A stretch of 63,999 nt of DNA, the filler included, from Octopus bimaculoides (lineage: Eukaryota), in assembly GCF_001194135.2 (NCBI RefSeq). It is 5 parts of 5 records of this genome, joined end to end, with 100 filler letters (N's around TTAATTAATTAA, not from the genome) between each part and the next. Parts side by side here need not be neighbours in the genome. Positions count along the whole stretch, not along the records: positions 62,968 to 63,999 come from NW_026342821.1; 4 more parts are not named here. The stretch is one strand, 5' to 3'. The position numbers were made by a program, and so were the translations under genes. Below are positions 63,085 through 63,999 of this stretch, piece after piece; the stretch's first letter is position 1; each line of letters opens with the position of its first letter. A model generated the notes under the pieces. It was not told where the DNA came from and searched no databases. It saw only the letters and a program-made list of their open reading frames with translations.

Positions 63085-63520
63085 GGGAAAGATATTCTGT
63101 GACATACATCTGGAAAATCCTGGAAGGCCTTGAACCAAACTGTGGCATTGAAAGCTACACAAACAGCAGAACGGGGTGCTACTACATAGTGCCAAAGATC
63201 CCATCATCACCAGATACTGCAACAGCTTGGACTTCAAAGGTCCACAACTCTTCAATATCCTTCCAAAATGCCTGAGTGACCTGCATGGTGCGGATATAGG
63301 TGTCTTCAAAACAAAACTGAATATCCTTTTGTCAAGGGTTCGAGATGAGCCTACCTCAGGGCAGGAAACCCAGATGAGAGCAGTAGCATCAAACTCCCTC
63401 ATTCAGCGAATGCCACATATCAGAGGAGGTTTAAAATAACGGTGTAGCTTAGTCAATGAATGGTGGTGCCCCAGCATTATCGCAGCTTTAAAGCTGTAAC
63501 GATTTAAAGAATTAAAGAAT
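63085..63520 (+). mobile_element. CR1/L2-like LINE 3' end nested in a type A SINE
   Basis: ERYSVTYIWKILEGLEPN, SLDFKGPQLFNILPKCL, FKTKLNILLSRVRDEP, RAVASNSL; SINE pieces at 63000-63084 and 63545-63600. Confidence 0.75.
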
Positions 63521-63954
63521 GAAATTAAACAAAACATATAAAAACCAAGTACTGAGGTCGGTGTTCCAGCATGGCCGTAGCTTAATCACTGAAACAAATT
63601 AAGGATAAATGATTTTAAAAAATCAAATAACAACAACAACAACTGGTAGAATATATCCAATGGCTTTGAGGTTAACAATTCTGATTTTACAGGAAATTAA
63701 TTTGAGATGTGCAAAATCATTCGGTTCTGCGGACGAGTTTGCTTCAAGTCAAATAAATGCTTCGATTATTTTCTTGTAGTTCCAATTCTTTTGGAGTTTT
63801 AGAAGCTTTAGATTATCCTGACAATTGGTTGACGAGGATTCAAATGCATTGTATCTGATGCTTGTACGTTTAGTGTTCTTTCCGTAGCCCGAAGAAATAC
63901 GAACCGAACGTGCGTATAAGATTTAGGCTAGGGCCGGCGGAAATATTTAACTGT

Positions 63955-63956
<2 letters not shown>

Positions 63957-63999
<43 letters not shown>
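63957..63999. repeat. (CA)n microsatellite
   Basis: Directly visible. Confidence 0.99.

Overview
AT-rich, microsatellite-dense, gap-ridden eukaryotic DNA. The SINE families and repeat landscape suggest a cephalopod, most likely Octopus (inference, no search run). No complete host gene is visible, and nearly every long ORF in the supplied track is a microsatellite translation or runs through N gaps. The window holds about 30 tRNA-derived SINE copies of four types and decayed Penelope-like elements, several with hammerhead ribozyme motifs. It also holds R4/Dong, Tx1-like, CR1/L2-like and CRE-like LINE fragments, mariner/Tc1, hAT, piggyBac and Helitron remnants, and several MITEs with readable TIRs and TSDs. 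The strongest leads are: (1) a ~1.65 kb element at 37.2-38.8 kb encoding only a Gag/ORF1-like protein, whose 3' end resembles that of a Tx1-like LINE at 44.6 kb (candidate non-autonomous half-LINE and its helper); (2) three to four type I hammerhead motifs; (3) a 77-codon Cys-rich orphan exon candidate at 14.7 kb; (4) a ~30 bp ETS+YY1-motif tandem array at 59.7-60.0 kb; (5) a LINE-SINE shared 3' tail at 63.5 kb; (6) a TIR element carrying TTAGGG repeats. TE boundaries without a stated TIR/TSD are approximate.
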